A DNA stretch of 62,541 bases, counting the filler, from Polymyxa betae A26-41 (taxonomy: Eukaryota > Protista > Endomyxa: Phytomyxea): the NCBI GenBank assembly GCA_003693705.1. It is 5 parts of 5 records of this genome, joined end to end, with 100 filler letters (N's around TTAATTAATTAA, not from the genome) between each part and the next. Parts side by side here need not be neighbours in the genome. Positions count along the whole stretch, not along the records: positions 1 to 31,154 come from RBZT01000410.1; 4 more parts are not named here. One strand, written 5' to 3'. Position 1 is the stretch's first letter; each line of letters begins with the position of its first letter. The position numbers and the translations under genes are program-made. The notes beneath the pieces were generated by a model. It was not told where the DNA came from and ran no database searches. It saw nothing but the letters and a program-made list of their open reading frames with translations. Shown here piece by piece: positions 1 through 13,445 of the stretch.

Positions 1-198
1 CGTATGGCAACTCCACTCCTGTCGTGCATGGCGACGACCGACTGACGCTCGGTAACTCCGCCACGGAGTTCTTAGGTATATGATCATGCGTTAATATTAT
101 TTTATATATAAGAGCCTACGAGGCTGGTAATACATTCACTCCTTATAATAGTCTGTTTACCAAAACATCGACTTTATTTGCCTCAGTTGGCTTCAACA
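1..198 (+). mobile_element. LTR fragment (3' part), related to the solo LTR at 39398-39707
   Basis: Ends in ...CAACA and has a TATA-like box (~102-110). Its reverse complement aligns by eye with 39398-39541 (aaggagtga.tgtatt, aaaataa.attaacgca, aactccgtggcggagtt). Confidence 0.6.
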
Positions 199-539
199 CG
201 AAGCACATTTACCATTTACGAGCTCTTTTCTCAAATTTGTTCAAAATACTCGATAACAGACGGCTCATGTACTGTCCATTTTGCAATCAATTACACCATC
301 AAGGACTTGAAGATGTCCTCTACGGGCTTTGATAGAAATGAGCGTCGGCGCTCTGTGAATTTTTCCAGAATTTACTCAAAAAGAGGTGACCGCAAATACC
401 AATTGTGAAAATAGAGAGCGCACGTTGTTGCATGGGGGCGCAGCCCACAGCTGCTCGGCGCACTGCGATTTTAAGCAAGACGCCTCGCCGAATGTATTTA
501 CGTCAGTGGAAATCTACAGGTTTCCATGATTAAGGAACC

Positions 540-3130
540 GCTTGATGATTCGCGAGGGCTGTTAAATCTTCCGATTTGGCTGCCTGTTTCATCAATGGCG
601 TGTTGATTCACACTAAACCTTGGAGACCTGCAGTATCGATTGTCACCGTCAGCATTAGGCGCGTCTGCGTTCGCACACTTATCAAAGCATCCAGGATCAG
701 ATCCGGGCTGGAGATTCCAATTTTGATGACGTCGGGCGAAGGGGGTGATCTTTCCCTCTTCATTTATTGGATCGCCAAGGGACCATTTCCAACAGTACCA
801 GGACGTTATGTCCATGGTGTGCAAATACAGCAAAGCGGGACTTGTTTGCTACTTATACCTGTAATCCAGCGCTGAAATCATTCGGGAACTGCTTCCAGGC
901 CAGCCCGCCTCGGATCGCACTGATTTGATCTGCCGAATGCTCGATCTTCTTCGGCGTATGTTCCTGGATTCGATCACCAAGAACGGAATCTTCGGACTAA
1001 TAGTCGCTTTTGTTGCAGTGATCGAGTTCCAAAAGCGGGGCCTGCCACATACACTCAATCTTCTGGTTTCATAACGGGGACAACATTCGCACTGTGGATG
1101 ACGTCGGCGCCGTCATTTGGGTTGAGCTGCCCGACCCGGAACTCCAGAAGCGTTTGTACCAGACCGTTGTCCGGTTAATTATGCATCGGTGTTCGGCTCG
1201 CTGCAAGCCGGAACCATCTTCTGCTTGCAACCCGATGATGTTCCTTAGTCGGAGGCCACGGAGGGAACATTTCCAAGGTATCGCCGACTATATCGGGGTT
1301 GTAGTGTTACTGCGGCAGACGGCAAGGTGTTCACGAAACAGCAAGTGGTTCCGTATACTCCTTTACGTTTCCAGGACCGAGGATACGCACGTCAATGTCG
1401 AATGCTGCTTCTCAATTGGCTCTGTGGAGTACCTGTTCAATTACATCCACAAGGCCACGACCGGGCCACATTCGCCATCGAATGGGAACGCTGGCTTTCT
1501 GAGGCTGATTCGATCACGATGCCAAGCCAGATGCGCCGCATGTTTGCCCATAATTTGGTCCATTGTCGTCCTTGGAATGCTGGTGCCCTCTATTCCACAT
1601 TCCGGTACGCACTTTCGGACGATATTCGCGGTCGCCGTCATCGACGTTTCGTTTCGAGAATGCCTGATCTGCCCTACTGCCCGCCGGTATGAAGATCCAT
1701 CGTTCGATTGTTGGGATCCTGTCTCGCCGAGTTCCAATCGATGCCACAAATTCAGGTCCGAGATGATTAAATCGGAGCGGCGGTGTAAGACGAAGGCAAT
1801 GATCTGCTGTCCGTCCGAATTCTTCGTTTCACAAGATCACGACAAAGATCAGCTGGTGTGCCTGTTTACGTTACCAACATGATCTTGATGCAATAAACCC
1901 CGAGCAAAGAAATGATCTGGATGTGACCATTGGCTCAGTTAATGCCTTTTCCAGTGATGCCTGCACCTGTTCTTCTTACTCTGCCCTGCTGGCACTGGTA
2001 AGACACCATCATCGATGAGATTCATTCTCGCGGTGATCGGATGATCGTGTGTTCGTCATGCGGAATTGCGGCTCTTCTGCTACACGGTGGACGCACGGCA
2101 TTTTCGGTCTTCAGGATTCCAGTCCACAATCTGCACGACGAGAGCGTTCGCGCACTGCCTCTGGACTCGGAAATCGCGTCTCAGACTCGAGACTCTGATC
2201 TGACTGTCTCAGATGAAAGCTTCATGCAGCATCGCTATTGTTTTGAGGCCGTGGACAGATGATAAAACAATATTTGCCACCGTAACGTCCCCTTCGGCGG
2301 CAAGTTGATCCTGTTCGCAGTCGATTCTCGTCAGATCCTCCCTTATCGTTGCCGCCAGCATAGTGTCGTCGTACTTTTGGCCCGTGGTCGAGACCTCCGG
2401 CTGACGGTCAACATGCGTTTGCAAGCCATGGCCGCTCAAGGTGATTGCGATGTTCAAGAAAAGCGGTCGTTTGCGCGATACCTGGCTGCGATCGAAGATG
2501 GGGTGGCGCCAGTCTTCACTACTCAGGCTGTTTACTCCGCGACCAGGTCGCACTCCCCAGGCAATGCTGCCTGGCCGTCATTGACGACGACGATGAAGAG
2601 CGCGGTCCCCGACTATGATAAGCTCGAGGTGGTACACGAAGCTAGTCCAGGCAGCCTTCCTCCGCGTCGTCTCGGAGTCAAGCCCGGCATGCCTGTGATC
2701 CATCTACGCAGCATCGACGCCGACGCAGGCCTTTACAGTAGGACGCGTCTCCTTCTGCTTCAAGTTCGCGATGCGCTGCTCTCGTGCCGCATCGTCACCG
2801 GAACTCATGCCGGCGAGACCGACTTTTTACCGCGGATGGATCTGGAGCCCTTCGCCCACTTAATTCCCGGTTACTTTCCGCCGCACCCAGTTCGCCATCA
2901 AGCAGGCGTGTACAATGACCATCAACAAGGCGCAGGGTCAGACTCTGGGCCTGGTAGGCATTTGCCTTAAGGAGTAGGTGTTCTCTCACGGACAGCTTTA
3001 CGCGGCTCTGTCTCGAGTTTAAAACAAGTCCGCACTGCGCACTGTCTGCCATTACGACGAGAAACGGCGACAATTCCATTCCAGGAACATCGTCTACCCG
3101 GCTATTGCGCGCCATTTCCAAGTCGCCGAG
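540..3130 (+). mobile_element. Degenerate Helitron Rep/PIF1 helicase (frameshifted)
   Basis: Rep motifs across frames: PSSFIGSPR..QQYQD, TYTCNP, VIEFQKRGLPH, HVNVECC, YLFNYIHK. PIF1 motifs: PAGTGKT, SSCGIAALLLHGGRTA, DESFM, PFGGK, RQILP, LTVNMR, MTINKAQGQT, FSHGQLY.ALSRV. Confidence 0.93.
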
Positions 3131-3347
3131 TGTTTAGCCTCGCTCCGCTCCAGTCTCAGTCTACGACGTATTTACAAAAAGTGGGGTTTGTCAGTAAAAA
3201 TCTGACATAACAGTTTATCGGACATGGATTTATAACCCTGGTATGATGATTGACTGTATCTTTGGAGGATTCCCTCTTTGGCTTTTGTTGATTCCATGAG
3301 GAATGTATCCGTGCCAGACATAAATCTTTCCAAGGGTTTACTTACCT

Positions 3348-3480
3348 TTTGTTAATCGTAGAAATAGCTCTCTGAAAGCAGATCTTAGAGCCCTTAGGTA
3401 TTCGTCTCAGAGACTGAATTTAAAGTTCATCGGCCAAATAGTTCATGCTGTTGAGTCGCGCTACGCCAGTCCACATACAG
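3348..3480 (+). repeat. LTR-derived fragment shared with 23171-23300
   Basis: tgttaatcgtagaaata...gatcttagagccc...aagttcatcggccaaatagttcatgctgtt is near-identical at both sites. Confidence 0.75.
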
Positions 3481-3897
3481 CCGCCCCCAAGACAAGTTTA
3501 AAGGGAACTTGTGCGAATGGAAGATAAACAGCTCCGCTATGATAGTGGAGCTCCGGTAAAACCCACCCGATAACCCTTAGGGATTAAAGTAGGTGAGCAA
3601 AGGTATCTCACAATTAAAAGTATCGTTGGTCCTGGGACGACCTGACTGGTCCAAGTGCGGGTCACGGACACACGCATTTAATCGCAGTTATTTGACGTTT
3701 GGACCTTTTGAGAAGTCAAATAACTTTGGAATGGATCTGGTTCCTGTCAGTCGTTCGGGAATTCATTGTTGCGCTTTCGTTGTCGTTAATGCAGGCTTTC
3801 GCTGCGATCAGCTTATTGTATTTATGTCGGCACGACGATTGCCCTGGGGACGGCTTCGTCCCATGCTTTACTAAATATTGAGATAAACGAATCCATA

Positions 3898-5835
3898 TTG
3901 CGAACTCATGCACGAGGAATCCAAATCCGACCAATGAGTGCATCCAAAGCATATTCAGCTCGTCAAATAGAGTTCCAGCAGTGGTGTAAAAACCAGGGCT
4001 TTATTGATGGATGCACAGCTCCTGGCGATAAATTGCGCCTTTTCCTTGAGGAACAAGTTATTGGAAGGAAATCCCGAAAGAGGAAACAAGTTGATAATGG
4101 TCCCCTCTCAGGAATGTTGGGAAATCCACCGTTTTCGGTTACGCAGCCGCGATCGTTCATTTGTGGCGCCAGCAGACAGCCATGCGGATGAATTCACACC
4201 CGAATCCTAGAGATTCCAATGTAAAAAGGCTACTGAAAAACGCGGAATATCAAGCACAGCAAAATCGATGAGGCAATTTTGACGATCGTGGTGTTGGCAC
4301 ACTGATCGACGGGCATACGACGACTGAACAAATGATTAGGATTGCGGAAGTGTTTTGGCGGAGACCAAAAGATTTTGGACCAAATCTTCGACATCTGCCT
4401 GCGTTTTGAATATCTCATTATGCGTTACTTCGTGGCGAATCTGTAAGACAGAGTTTTCTGATATGCATTCTGTCGTATTAGAGAACGAAGGCATCAATGC
4501 ACGCCATGCTCTTGTATTTGTGCATCGTCAGGGGAGAGCCAACCAGTTTGGAGGAACGAGTTCGGAGTCTTCGTGTCGATCAAAGATGTTCGGATATGCC
4601 CTTTCGGATCTATTGCTCTGAACTTAGTTTGGCGTTTTCATGTCGAAAGTGAGCCCTTTCCATGCTTTAAATCGAGCGAAAAACGGTTCAATCTAAAGCT
4701 GTTGAAGAGCTGCAAAGACCTTACAAAATCGCTTGATTACAGAACTCAAAAGTTCGCTATAGATTCAGTGCTTAAAGAATTCGGTCTTTCGAGCAAGGTC
4801 AAAACCCATGCTGCCTGAGGTTCTGTGGCTCGGATGGCCGAATTGGCAGGTGCATCTGAAGAACATATTCGAAGGCTTGGACGTTGGAACAACCAAGCGC
4901 AGGAAAAATGTTACCTTACATGTTTACCTCGCGAGGCAATGCTTACGCTTGCCGGTTTCCCACCAGCTCGTGGATGTTTCTTTTTGACTCGTGCAGCAAT
5001 ACTGCCTCCATTGGCAAAATGGCAGATGATCTTTCCTAAGATCGAGATTATTCTGCAGAAAATGTCGGATTGGACCTATCAAGATTCGATCGCCGTAAGA
5101 AGATGTATTCATTTGCTTGATGTACTCCGAACAGTGATCTTGCAGGATTCCGACCAGATGAAAGTTGAATATCCGGGGCACCCGATATGGAAGCATCCCA
5201 TATTCTGCACAGAGCTATACCATCAATTTCAGAATGATCTACTGCATGCGTTGGATTCAAAACTCTGACCCAACAGAGAGCCTTCTAAAGAGAGCGATGC
5301 CGGCGTTATCAGAAAAACTGAAAATGTGCATGCTGATCTAAAAGCGACAATAACCTCAGTTGTTGATCCACTTTCGCCGAGTGTCGCGAAGTTGCAAGAT
5401 CATATATCGGATGTCTTTTCTGGAAGAGTGCCGATATCCATAAATGCCAATTTCAGCTCAGCTGTTTTTTTCTCAGAATGATGACTTCCAACAGTCGTCT
5501 GAAGTTCCGATTGTTCGACCTGTCGTGGCTACAGGATCGCCTATCTTCTAAAAAATGGGCGGAGGAATCCAAACAATACAGGATCTTTAATGGAATGGAC
5601 AGACGGCCTCGCAGGCGGCCAACCGTTCAAGATCTGGAGCAAAAGTGGGGACCGAAATGGTGTGATGGCAACTAGAGGCGCATTTTCAATCGGAGGAAAA
5701 AGATCATCGATGCGGTTTTGGCAAAAGCTAGGCTAATGCAAGACGGCGCAACATCAGAGAATTGCAAATCTGCAGCCATCATTTTTAAGCAGTTACACCG
5801 GAACAAGGACAAGTCTTTGGATTGGATCTCGAAAA
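3898..5835 (+). mobile_element. Crypton-type tyrosine recombinase transposon (Ndc10-like YR + GCR1_C-like domain), pseudogenised
   Basis: AYSARQIEFQQWC; KTHAA*GS (catalytic Arg codon is now TGA); ARMAELAGASEEHIRRLGRWN; CYLTCLPRE..LAGF; C-terminal LEQKWGPKW. Paralogous to 59226-60524. Confidence 0.85.
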
Positions 5836-6253
5836 ATATCGAATATCTTTTGTGCTATGTATCCATACAATTTCAATTCGATTAGCTCATTCTAAAAAAT
5901 AACAAGCTAGAAGCCTGGCTGTAAGCCAAACCAGAAATGATACCGAAAAAGGAGCGAACAATTACTCTGCAAAAGCCAATAGCTGTCGCTGAATTTATCC
6001 AATAGGTTGGACTTGCAATCGCGAAATTCGAGAATATCTTTTCTATGCAAAACTGCGTCCAGGTCTTAAAACAAAGTAGGACCCAGGTCCAGGTCCTATA
6101 TCATTTCTATGCATATAACTGATAATTATCATTCCGTGTAAAAAAAACAGATATTGCACAAATATAAAAGTGCGTTTTAAAATAAAATCAATAAATACTG
6201 GCCAAAATGCTCACCACTATGTCCGCACATCTTAACAAAAGTCAATATCATAC

Positions 6254-6428
6254 TGTGATGACTACGATGGTGACTCAGTTGATGACAAGACAGAAGCTGC
6301 TGCTTTTATATTTTTCATAACGTGTTTCGGTTATACCACCGTAACTCTAGCTCTCATTTTCTCTAGTATCTCGCTTTTATAATTTGTACGTCTACGAACA
6401 TCCAGATCCCCGGTTCTAGGACGTTTCA
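6254..6428 (+). repeat. 5' LTR of Gypsy A
   Basis: Direct repeat of 11145-11323 with scattered substitutions and a small indel. Confidence 0.95.
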
Positions 6429-6504
6429 CATAACCTCAACACTTTATCGGGATCAAAATGACAGAACAAGAGGACGTTTTAAATGGGACGCAAATACCCC
6501 CCCA

Positions 6505-8024
6505 ATGGAACTGATGGAACGGCTGGTTGACGCCTTGAGCGCCCAGCAAGCATTCTTCGAGAGGATGCTGGAAAGGTTTTCGGATACTCAACAGGCCCAG
6601 AGAATTATAAAGAACGAACCTAAGGAGTCGCTGATTGAGACACCCGCGCCAGACGACGGGACAGCGAAGAGCTCCTCAGCGAACGCAGGAAGATTGCCCA
6701 TCCCAGCCTTCAACCCACCGAAGCTCGTTGTCTGCACCGCCGACCCATGGAGCGAGCCCGAAGCGTCCGTGACTTGGCTCAACATGGCAGCGGCCGCGAC
6801 AAAACGTGTCTCCGGATCACGCGATGATCTGGAAGCATGGATAAAGGCCAAAGTCGGCAACCCTATCTTGGCCTTGTTGATCGGAGCGGCGGAGCGCCTA
6901 CTGCCTGACCATACATACGACGCGGTGCTCATGGATGTTCGAGACCGCATCACTGGGTCGTCTTCGGTCGAAACGGATCGATGGAAAGAAGCCCCAATGG
7001 CAGTCCATCAGCGTGACAATGAGACATTGACGGCGCTGATGTGCCGACTCGAGGCAGCCCTCAACGAGTTCGCCGACAGCTCAAATGAAGCAACACCCCA
7101 GCCAACGTACGACATTTACCGAGGCAGCCTCAGCGACAAAACTCGGGCCATGCTGGACTCAAAGTACAACTTCAGCAACCGGGCACGGGAGCTAGATGTT
7201 GTGGATCGGACGATTCTACTGCGTTAGTGCTTGTATCGAGAACGCAAGGAAGAAGCGAAATCGGCAAAAGTTAGGACAGTAGCAAACGCCGCGCCGACCG
7301 ATAGCACGAACATGAAGTGGAGATGCCGCACATGCCAGACGAACGATCACCACTTTATGACAAGTCAGAAAGCACGCGATCAAGTGACCAGCCCGAGATG
7401 TAATGGGGAACACCACTTCCGCTTCGAATGTCCCAAGCTTAAGATTGGCGGCACCACTTCTATCAATGAAGAAACAGCGACCAAGAACAAGGCAGTAAGC
7501 TTGGCGTCCGACTCGCAGCAGTCTACTGCCACGTCGAATGATGCCTGCGGGGGCGGGGCGGCGGTAGCCGCCCAAACCCCTTTCGACCCCGGGGGACTAC
7601 CAACTATACCCAGAGTAGCGACGCGTACAGCACCTCCTGCCCCGAATATCACGGTGCAATTCGGTAACAGGACCGCGAACGCGCTTATCGATACCGGCGC
7701 CGACATCAGCATCGCGCAGAGCGACTTCGTGAAAGCCGCAGGAGGGACGATTGACAGCAGGGCCGAGAAGCGCATGCGCATGCTGGGATTTGAGGCGAAA
7801 CTGTGGAAGCCGAGGGGACTTCGGACGTCATGATCAACATCGGGCGACAGATTCGGGCCACCTTTGTCGTCTCGGACCGGATCAGTGCCGATTGTATCAT
7901 CGGGCGTGATTTATTGTCGGAATGGGATGCGCTCAAGAAGGTAAATATGGGGGTCAAATTGCAACGGTTTCAGATGGAGGTTCCGCGGCGACTGGAGCCT
8001 GCCGCATTGGAGCGACAGGTTTAG
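6505..8024 (+). pseudogene. Gypsy A gag (zinc knuckles) + aspartic protease
   Basis: CRTCQTNDHH and PRCNGEHHFRFEC knuckles; ALIDTGAD; CIIGRDLL; in-frame stop at 7225-7227. Confidence 0.88.
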
Positions 8025-8048
8025 CTATGCGAAAGTGCTCAGCAGCAC

Positions 8049-11021
8049 GTGGAAGCGGTTCTCCATGACATCCAGGTCGACTGGACAGCGCTGCCGGAGC
8101 CCGAACAGCACAAACTGAAGCAATGGATCAGTGAATGTGCAGACTGTTTTACCTCGGAACACAATCCGCTCGGCCATACGAGCACCGAGAAACATCGAAT
8201 TAAGCTGCTTCCAGGGGCGCAGCCGGTTAGTTGCGCGCCGCGGCGACTACACCCCGAACTTGAACATCATGCGCGGGAAACGGTGCAGAAGTTACTGGCA
8301 GCCGGACAGATTCGGCCTTCATGCAGTCCTTGGGCGGCGACGATCGTCTTGACACGCAAAAAAGACGGATCGCATCGCTTTGCAGTGGACTCTCGGCGCA
8401 TGAACGAAGTGACGATGCCCGATGCGCACCCGATGCCGCGCATTGATGAAGCCTTATCGGCCATCAACGGCGCCCGACTTTTCTCGACGTTCGACCTGGC
8501 TTCAGGATACTGGCAAGTCGACATGGACGAAGAGGATAAAGAGAAGACAGCATTCGTTACACGCGACGGGCTGTTTGAATGGCAATGCATGCCATTCGGC
8601 CTGCGCGGGGCGCCCGCGACTTCCTGCCGGCTGATGGCGAAAGTTTTAGCTTGCCTAACGTTTACCGAATGTCTGGTGTATATGGACGACATCATGATCT
8701 TCAGTGCGACCTTCGAGGAACACTTACGACGAATGACGCACGTCTTCGATCGTCTGCGCGAGCACAAACACAGCGTTAATCCGAAGAAAACAGCAATCTT
8801 ACAGCGAGAGGTGGCATATCTGGGCCACGTTATTGACTCTGAAGGCATCCGACCAGACAGGCGTCTGGTAGCGGCTGCCGCAAAATACCCAACGCCACAA
8901 ACAAAGACGGAACTGAAAACATTTTTGGGTTTGGCTGGATATTATTGCCACTTCATACCAGGTTTTGCTGAAATCGCCGCGCTGCTTTCTGATACAACGG
9001 CGAAAACAGCTCAATGGCGATGGGAGGACCCTCAGCAGCGGGCGCTCGGCGAATTGCGCCTGCGCCTGACTGAGCGCCCGATTCTGGCACACCCGGATTT
9101 CACCAACACTTTCATTGTCCAGACCGATTACTCCAAAACAGCCTTCAGCCAGAGGAGCACGGAGGGCGTCGAACACCTGATTCCATTTCTGTCGCGGAAA
9201 TGTAAAGGACGAAAATGTCATTACTCGGCGCCAAGGGGTGAAGCAGTTGCCATCCGGCATGCGTTGCGAAAATGGCTGTGCTTCATCGAGGTGCAACACT
9301 TCATTATCGAAACAGACCACCGACCACTTGAATTCTTACGCTAAGAAACAGACGACGCGCAACTGTGTAGAATTTGGGAGGCGATGGAGCCCTTCTGTTA
9401 TACGATCAGATATAAGAAAGGAAGCGCGAATGCGAACGCGGACGCTCTCAGCAGGGCCGAGCAATATCGTCATGAAGCCGGAGACTCGGTTATCGATGAC
9501 ACGGCCGACGCGGCCGCATCATGGGAGAGAGAATACTCAGACGAGGAGTCTCTGCTTGAAGCAACGGTCAATATCACAGAAGCCGCATCACCCGATTCGG
9601 AGGCGAGCTTACGCAAGAAGCAGCGGCAAGACCGAGAATTCGCACAAATTATCGAACATCTCGAAAGAGGTGACAAACCAAGTGACAGATGGGCGTGCGG
9701 AGCAGCGCTGGACAGCAAGGGGATTCTGATCAGGATCCGCACCCAGGCAAATGGCAGACTGCCGCCACCACAGGTTTACGTCCCAGCAACGGATCGAAGC
9801 AGTTATCTGGAGCAAGCCCACGATCAGAGCGGGCACTTCGAGGTCAAACGGACGTTGCAGACCTTGCGAAGACAGGCGATTTGGCCGAACATGGCGAGCG
9901 ACGTCCAGCAATACGTGGCAGATTGTTCCTCGTGCCAGCAGAACCAGGCGACAGTACCATCCAATCAAGGACTGATGAGCGTATTCGAGGAAGATCTAGC
10001 GACGGAGCCCTGGGCGGTTATCCACATCGACCACGTGACCTCACTGCCAACAACAACAAGAGGCAACAAAAACGTATTGACGGCGACGTTCAATCTTCAT
10101 GCCAGTGAAGACCCTAACAGCAGCTGAATCGGCCGACGCTTTAATCGAAAACGTGTTTTTGATACATGTATTCCCGAAGAAGATCGTGGCGGATCGCAGT
10201 ACGTCATGGTGCAACGCGATTTGGAAGACGATAGCAGAAGCATTTGGATTCAGACTGGCATTGACAGTAACAAGGCGGGCGCAAGCCAACGGAATGGCCG
10301 AACGGCCACACAGATATCTGAACAAGTATTTGCGGACAATGCCGGAATCAGATCAGCGTCGATGGGATCACAGATTGAACTACCTGAAGTTTGTATATTG
10401 TACAGGAATCAATGCAACGACACGAGAGACGCCGCACTACCTCGATTTCGGAAGGGATCTACGCGGGCCTGCTCGCTACAACATCAGCATCCTACTCGAT
10501 GTGACGCATGACCAAAAAACGTACCTCCAGGATTTGCAGGTTCGGTTTCGAGCGGCTTAGAGCGCGGCAGAAGAGATTGCGGCAAACGAATATCGCAAGC
10601 GGGCAGACAGGGTCAACGCGGGCCGGCATGACGTTATTTTGGAACCCTCGTGTGGGTCACTCGGACGGCAGCCGAACCAGTTATGCAAGAACGACAGTCA
10701 CGACGGCTCTTACCGCGACTCACTGGACCATGGAAAGTTATGTATCGTTACGAGAATGCTCCCGATACATACCGTTTGCAACTGATTGGCACTGGTCAAG
10801 ACGCCGCATTCGACATCGATCAGATCGTGCCGTACCGGAGCCATACGAACGAGCAGGCGACCAACCCAGAGTCTGAGCTGGATTCGGAGGAACCTGAGCC
10901 GGAGCCGGATGAGTCTGTAGGCGACGATGCGAGCGGATGTGCCATCGACGACGGCGACGCAGGCGACTCCTCTGGGTCTTCAACGCTGATTTTGAATCGT
11001 CGGACGACGACAGTGTGGTGA
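8049..11021 (+). pseudogene. Gypsy A RT, RNase H and integrase
   Basis: SPWA, KKDGSHRF, DLASGYWQ, MPFGL, YMDDI, TDHRPL; integrase HDQSGH..CSSC, HIDHV, ANGMAER, GPW. Confidence 0.95.
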
Positions 11022-11144
11022 ACGACGAAAGCTATCGAACGCCAAGTTCACGAGGCCGCACCCGCCGGTCGCGCACTTCTCGCGCAGCCACAGTATCAGT
11101 CCCCGTCGGCAGCCCAACAAGCTGACTTGGGACTACGGGGTGTG

Positions 11145-11323
11145 TGTGATGACTACGATGGTGGCTCAGCTGATGACAAGACAGAAGCTGCTGCTTTTGT
11201 ATTTTTCAAAAAGTGTTTCGGTTATACCACCGTAACTAACTCAAGCTCTCACTTTCTCTAGTATCTCGCTTTTATAATTTGTACGTCTACGAGCATCCAG
11301 ATCCCCGGTTCTTGGACGTTTCA
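11145..11323 (+). repeat. 3' LTR of Gypsy A
   Basis: Repeat of 6254-6428, followed by TSD ATAC. Confidence 0.95.
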
Positions 11324-13124
11324 ATACTATGCCCAGTGCGTACGTAGTTAATAAATAAAATTACAACTGGTCCCTGGCCATGAGCAAGTTTCAATCGCGT
11401 CCAGCGACAAACTAGTTGGAAGGAAGACAGTTGATGATCGGCAAACAAAACGAATGTTTTGAGTTGCCTTCTCGTCAAAAGCTGGTGGCCCGTCACTGGG
11501 CGACCGTACGGTCGGGGCTGCTCACCCGGTCGGCGACTACGATCGAAAGCCGTAGGTGCGGGTACGGCGTCGGGCATCAGCTGGGCACGCGACATCGATT
11601 CTCTGCGGAATGGATGAAGGATGTGCAATATCGACTTCGCCAAGACGCTTCCAATAATCTGTGATACACTACGTATCGAAAAAGTGCGTATAAGGCTCCC
11701 ACCACTCGTCTTCTTGGTTTTTCCACTTCACTAGATTCTCTCTGTGGCCTGGAGGGCCGCGATGTGCCAAGATCGTCTCGACGATTTACGAATCCGGCTC
11801 CAGGGAAGCATCTCTTGCGTCGAGCTTCAACATGGAGGGCGCCACGGCTCGTGAAAGAGCTGTGCCATCGTGATCCAGCAGCAGGTAAGACCCTCCGCGT
11901 TTGCTGCGTATGATTTGGAAAGGTCCTTCATAATGTAGTTGCAGCTTCGTCGAGCGGGTTGGGTCGGAGACCATTACCGACGAGCCAGGAGGAAACTTGT
12001 CTTCAGGCAGAATGCTATGACGTTTCGCATAAGCTGCGATGGAGGACGCGGCGTGAGAAGAATTGAGATCGCGAATGGAAGGGAATATCACCTGCTGAGT
12101 GAAGGATAGCCTGTCCCTTAAGCTTTCATAATTGTGGTCGGGCTGTGAAGAAGAGTAAATCAGCGAGGCCGTTCATCGCGCTGCAGAAGGTGACTTTGAA
12201 AAAGAGCTTTTTTGGGCCGATGCGACCTTGAAGTTAATGAAAAGCTGTGCGACGGGTACGTACCGGTTTCCCATTCCCCATCTTCGGCGTTGAACAACGT
12301 TTTGATCAGGCGAGTCAATGTTTTGACGAAGCGCTCGGCGAGCCCGTTTGCACGTGGGTGGAATTTTGTCGTTAACCGGTGATCGATGCCGCACTCACGA
12401 ACCAAGTACGCGATTATCGAATTCGGTTCCGTTATCAGTTTGAACGATCTTAGGAATTCCAAAATCTGCAAGGCAGCGGCGACCGACTTCGCAGACTATC
12501 TGGCAGGGCGCGCAGGAAAACAAACCGGGTGCACACACAAACGACTACCATCAAAATGTTCATCCCTCGGGGGGAGGATGGAAAGGAGAGCGCCGTGTCG
12601 ATAGCGATGTGATCCATTGGCATGGAGGGGTTGATTGGAGCGAGAGGGTGGTAGTCTCGGTTCACGATATTATAGCGCTGACATGGGATACATAGTCGGA
12701 GAGATTCCTCGACGTCCTGACGTATTTTGGGCTAGCGGTGTCCGGCTCGAATCAGTGACGAGAGTGTAGCCTGGATGCCAAAGTGCCCCTGTAAATGCGC
12801 ATTTCGTGATGTTCGATGTTGGCCTGACTAGAATTAGCTGCTGGAGGGCTTACAATGCTGGGAACGACGGCCTCCAGGGTGGGATATAGCCGCGAAAGCC
12901 TGTCTGGTAAGATGTTACGGACCGCTGGGCGATGAGTGACCGTAAAATTGTAGGATAGAAGAGTGTCGACCCATCCCGCCATCATCTGGTTGAGGTCCTT
13001 CTGACTGAACAAGAATGTCAGCGAACGATGGTCTGTGAATTGCCGAAACGGGATGCCCCAGATGTAATATTGGAACATCTTTTTAACGAAGACGATTGCC
13101 AATAACTCCCGTTTGGTGGCAGAG

Positions 13125-13445
13125 TGTATCAGATTTATTGAAAACATTATAAAATCTTATATCCCTTTTAAAGTGCGTATGCAGTTTGAAGATCAACGCA
13201 CGCAGAGAAACCAGATGACTCACGCATAAATCTGATGCCTAACAAAGATGCGGACAAGATTAAAGTATGAAGGCGTACGTTATATTAATGGGCTCGACTC
13301 CCGCGGTGTCCGTACGGTGTCCGTACGGACTGAGCTGAATGAAGCTGGGATTCGAGCTGGAAATAAAACACAATTCATTACTTTAGACCGAAGTGCTGCC
13401 GATTTCCGTAACAACTTGTTCGCGATATCTGACGAAACCGCTCCT
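13125..13445 (+). mobile_element. Solo-LTR-like insertion in the RNase H of element B
   Basis: Splits ERRYS|ATKRE and is flanked by AGAG(T) on both sides. Starts TGTATCAG like the LTR at 25007 and is similar to 23300-23490. Confidence 0.82.

Larger units (their letters stand above)
6254..11323 (+). mobile_element. Ty3/Gypsy LTR retrotransposon A (full length, frameshifted)
   Basis: TG...CA LTRs at 6254-6428 and 11145-11323; 4-bp TSD ATAC on both flanks; gag-PR-RT-RH-INT order. Confidence 0.96.

Noticed and set aside
3898-5835. Domesticated kinetochore gene NDC10
   Set aside because: Multiple stops and frameshifts, a second copy, and the transposon context indicate a Crypton.
7225-7810. Programmed readthrough or frameshift in Gypsy A gag-pol
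   Set aside because: The element has many other stops and frameshifts, so decay explains these equally well.
6254-11323. RIP-like hypermutation of repeats
   Set aside because: LTR differences mix transitions and transversions, and the element is still GC-rich.
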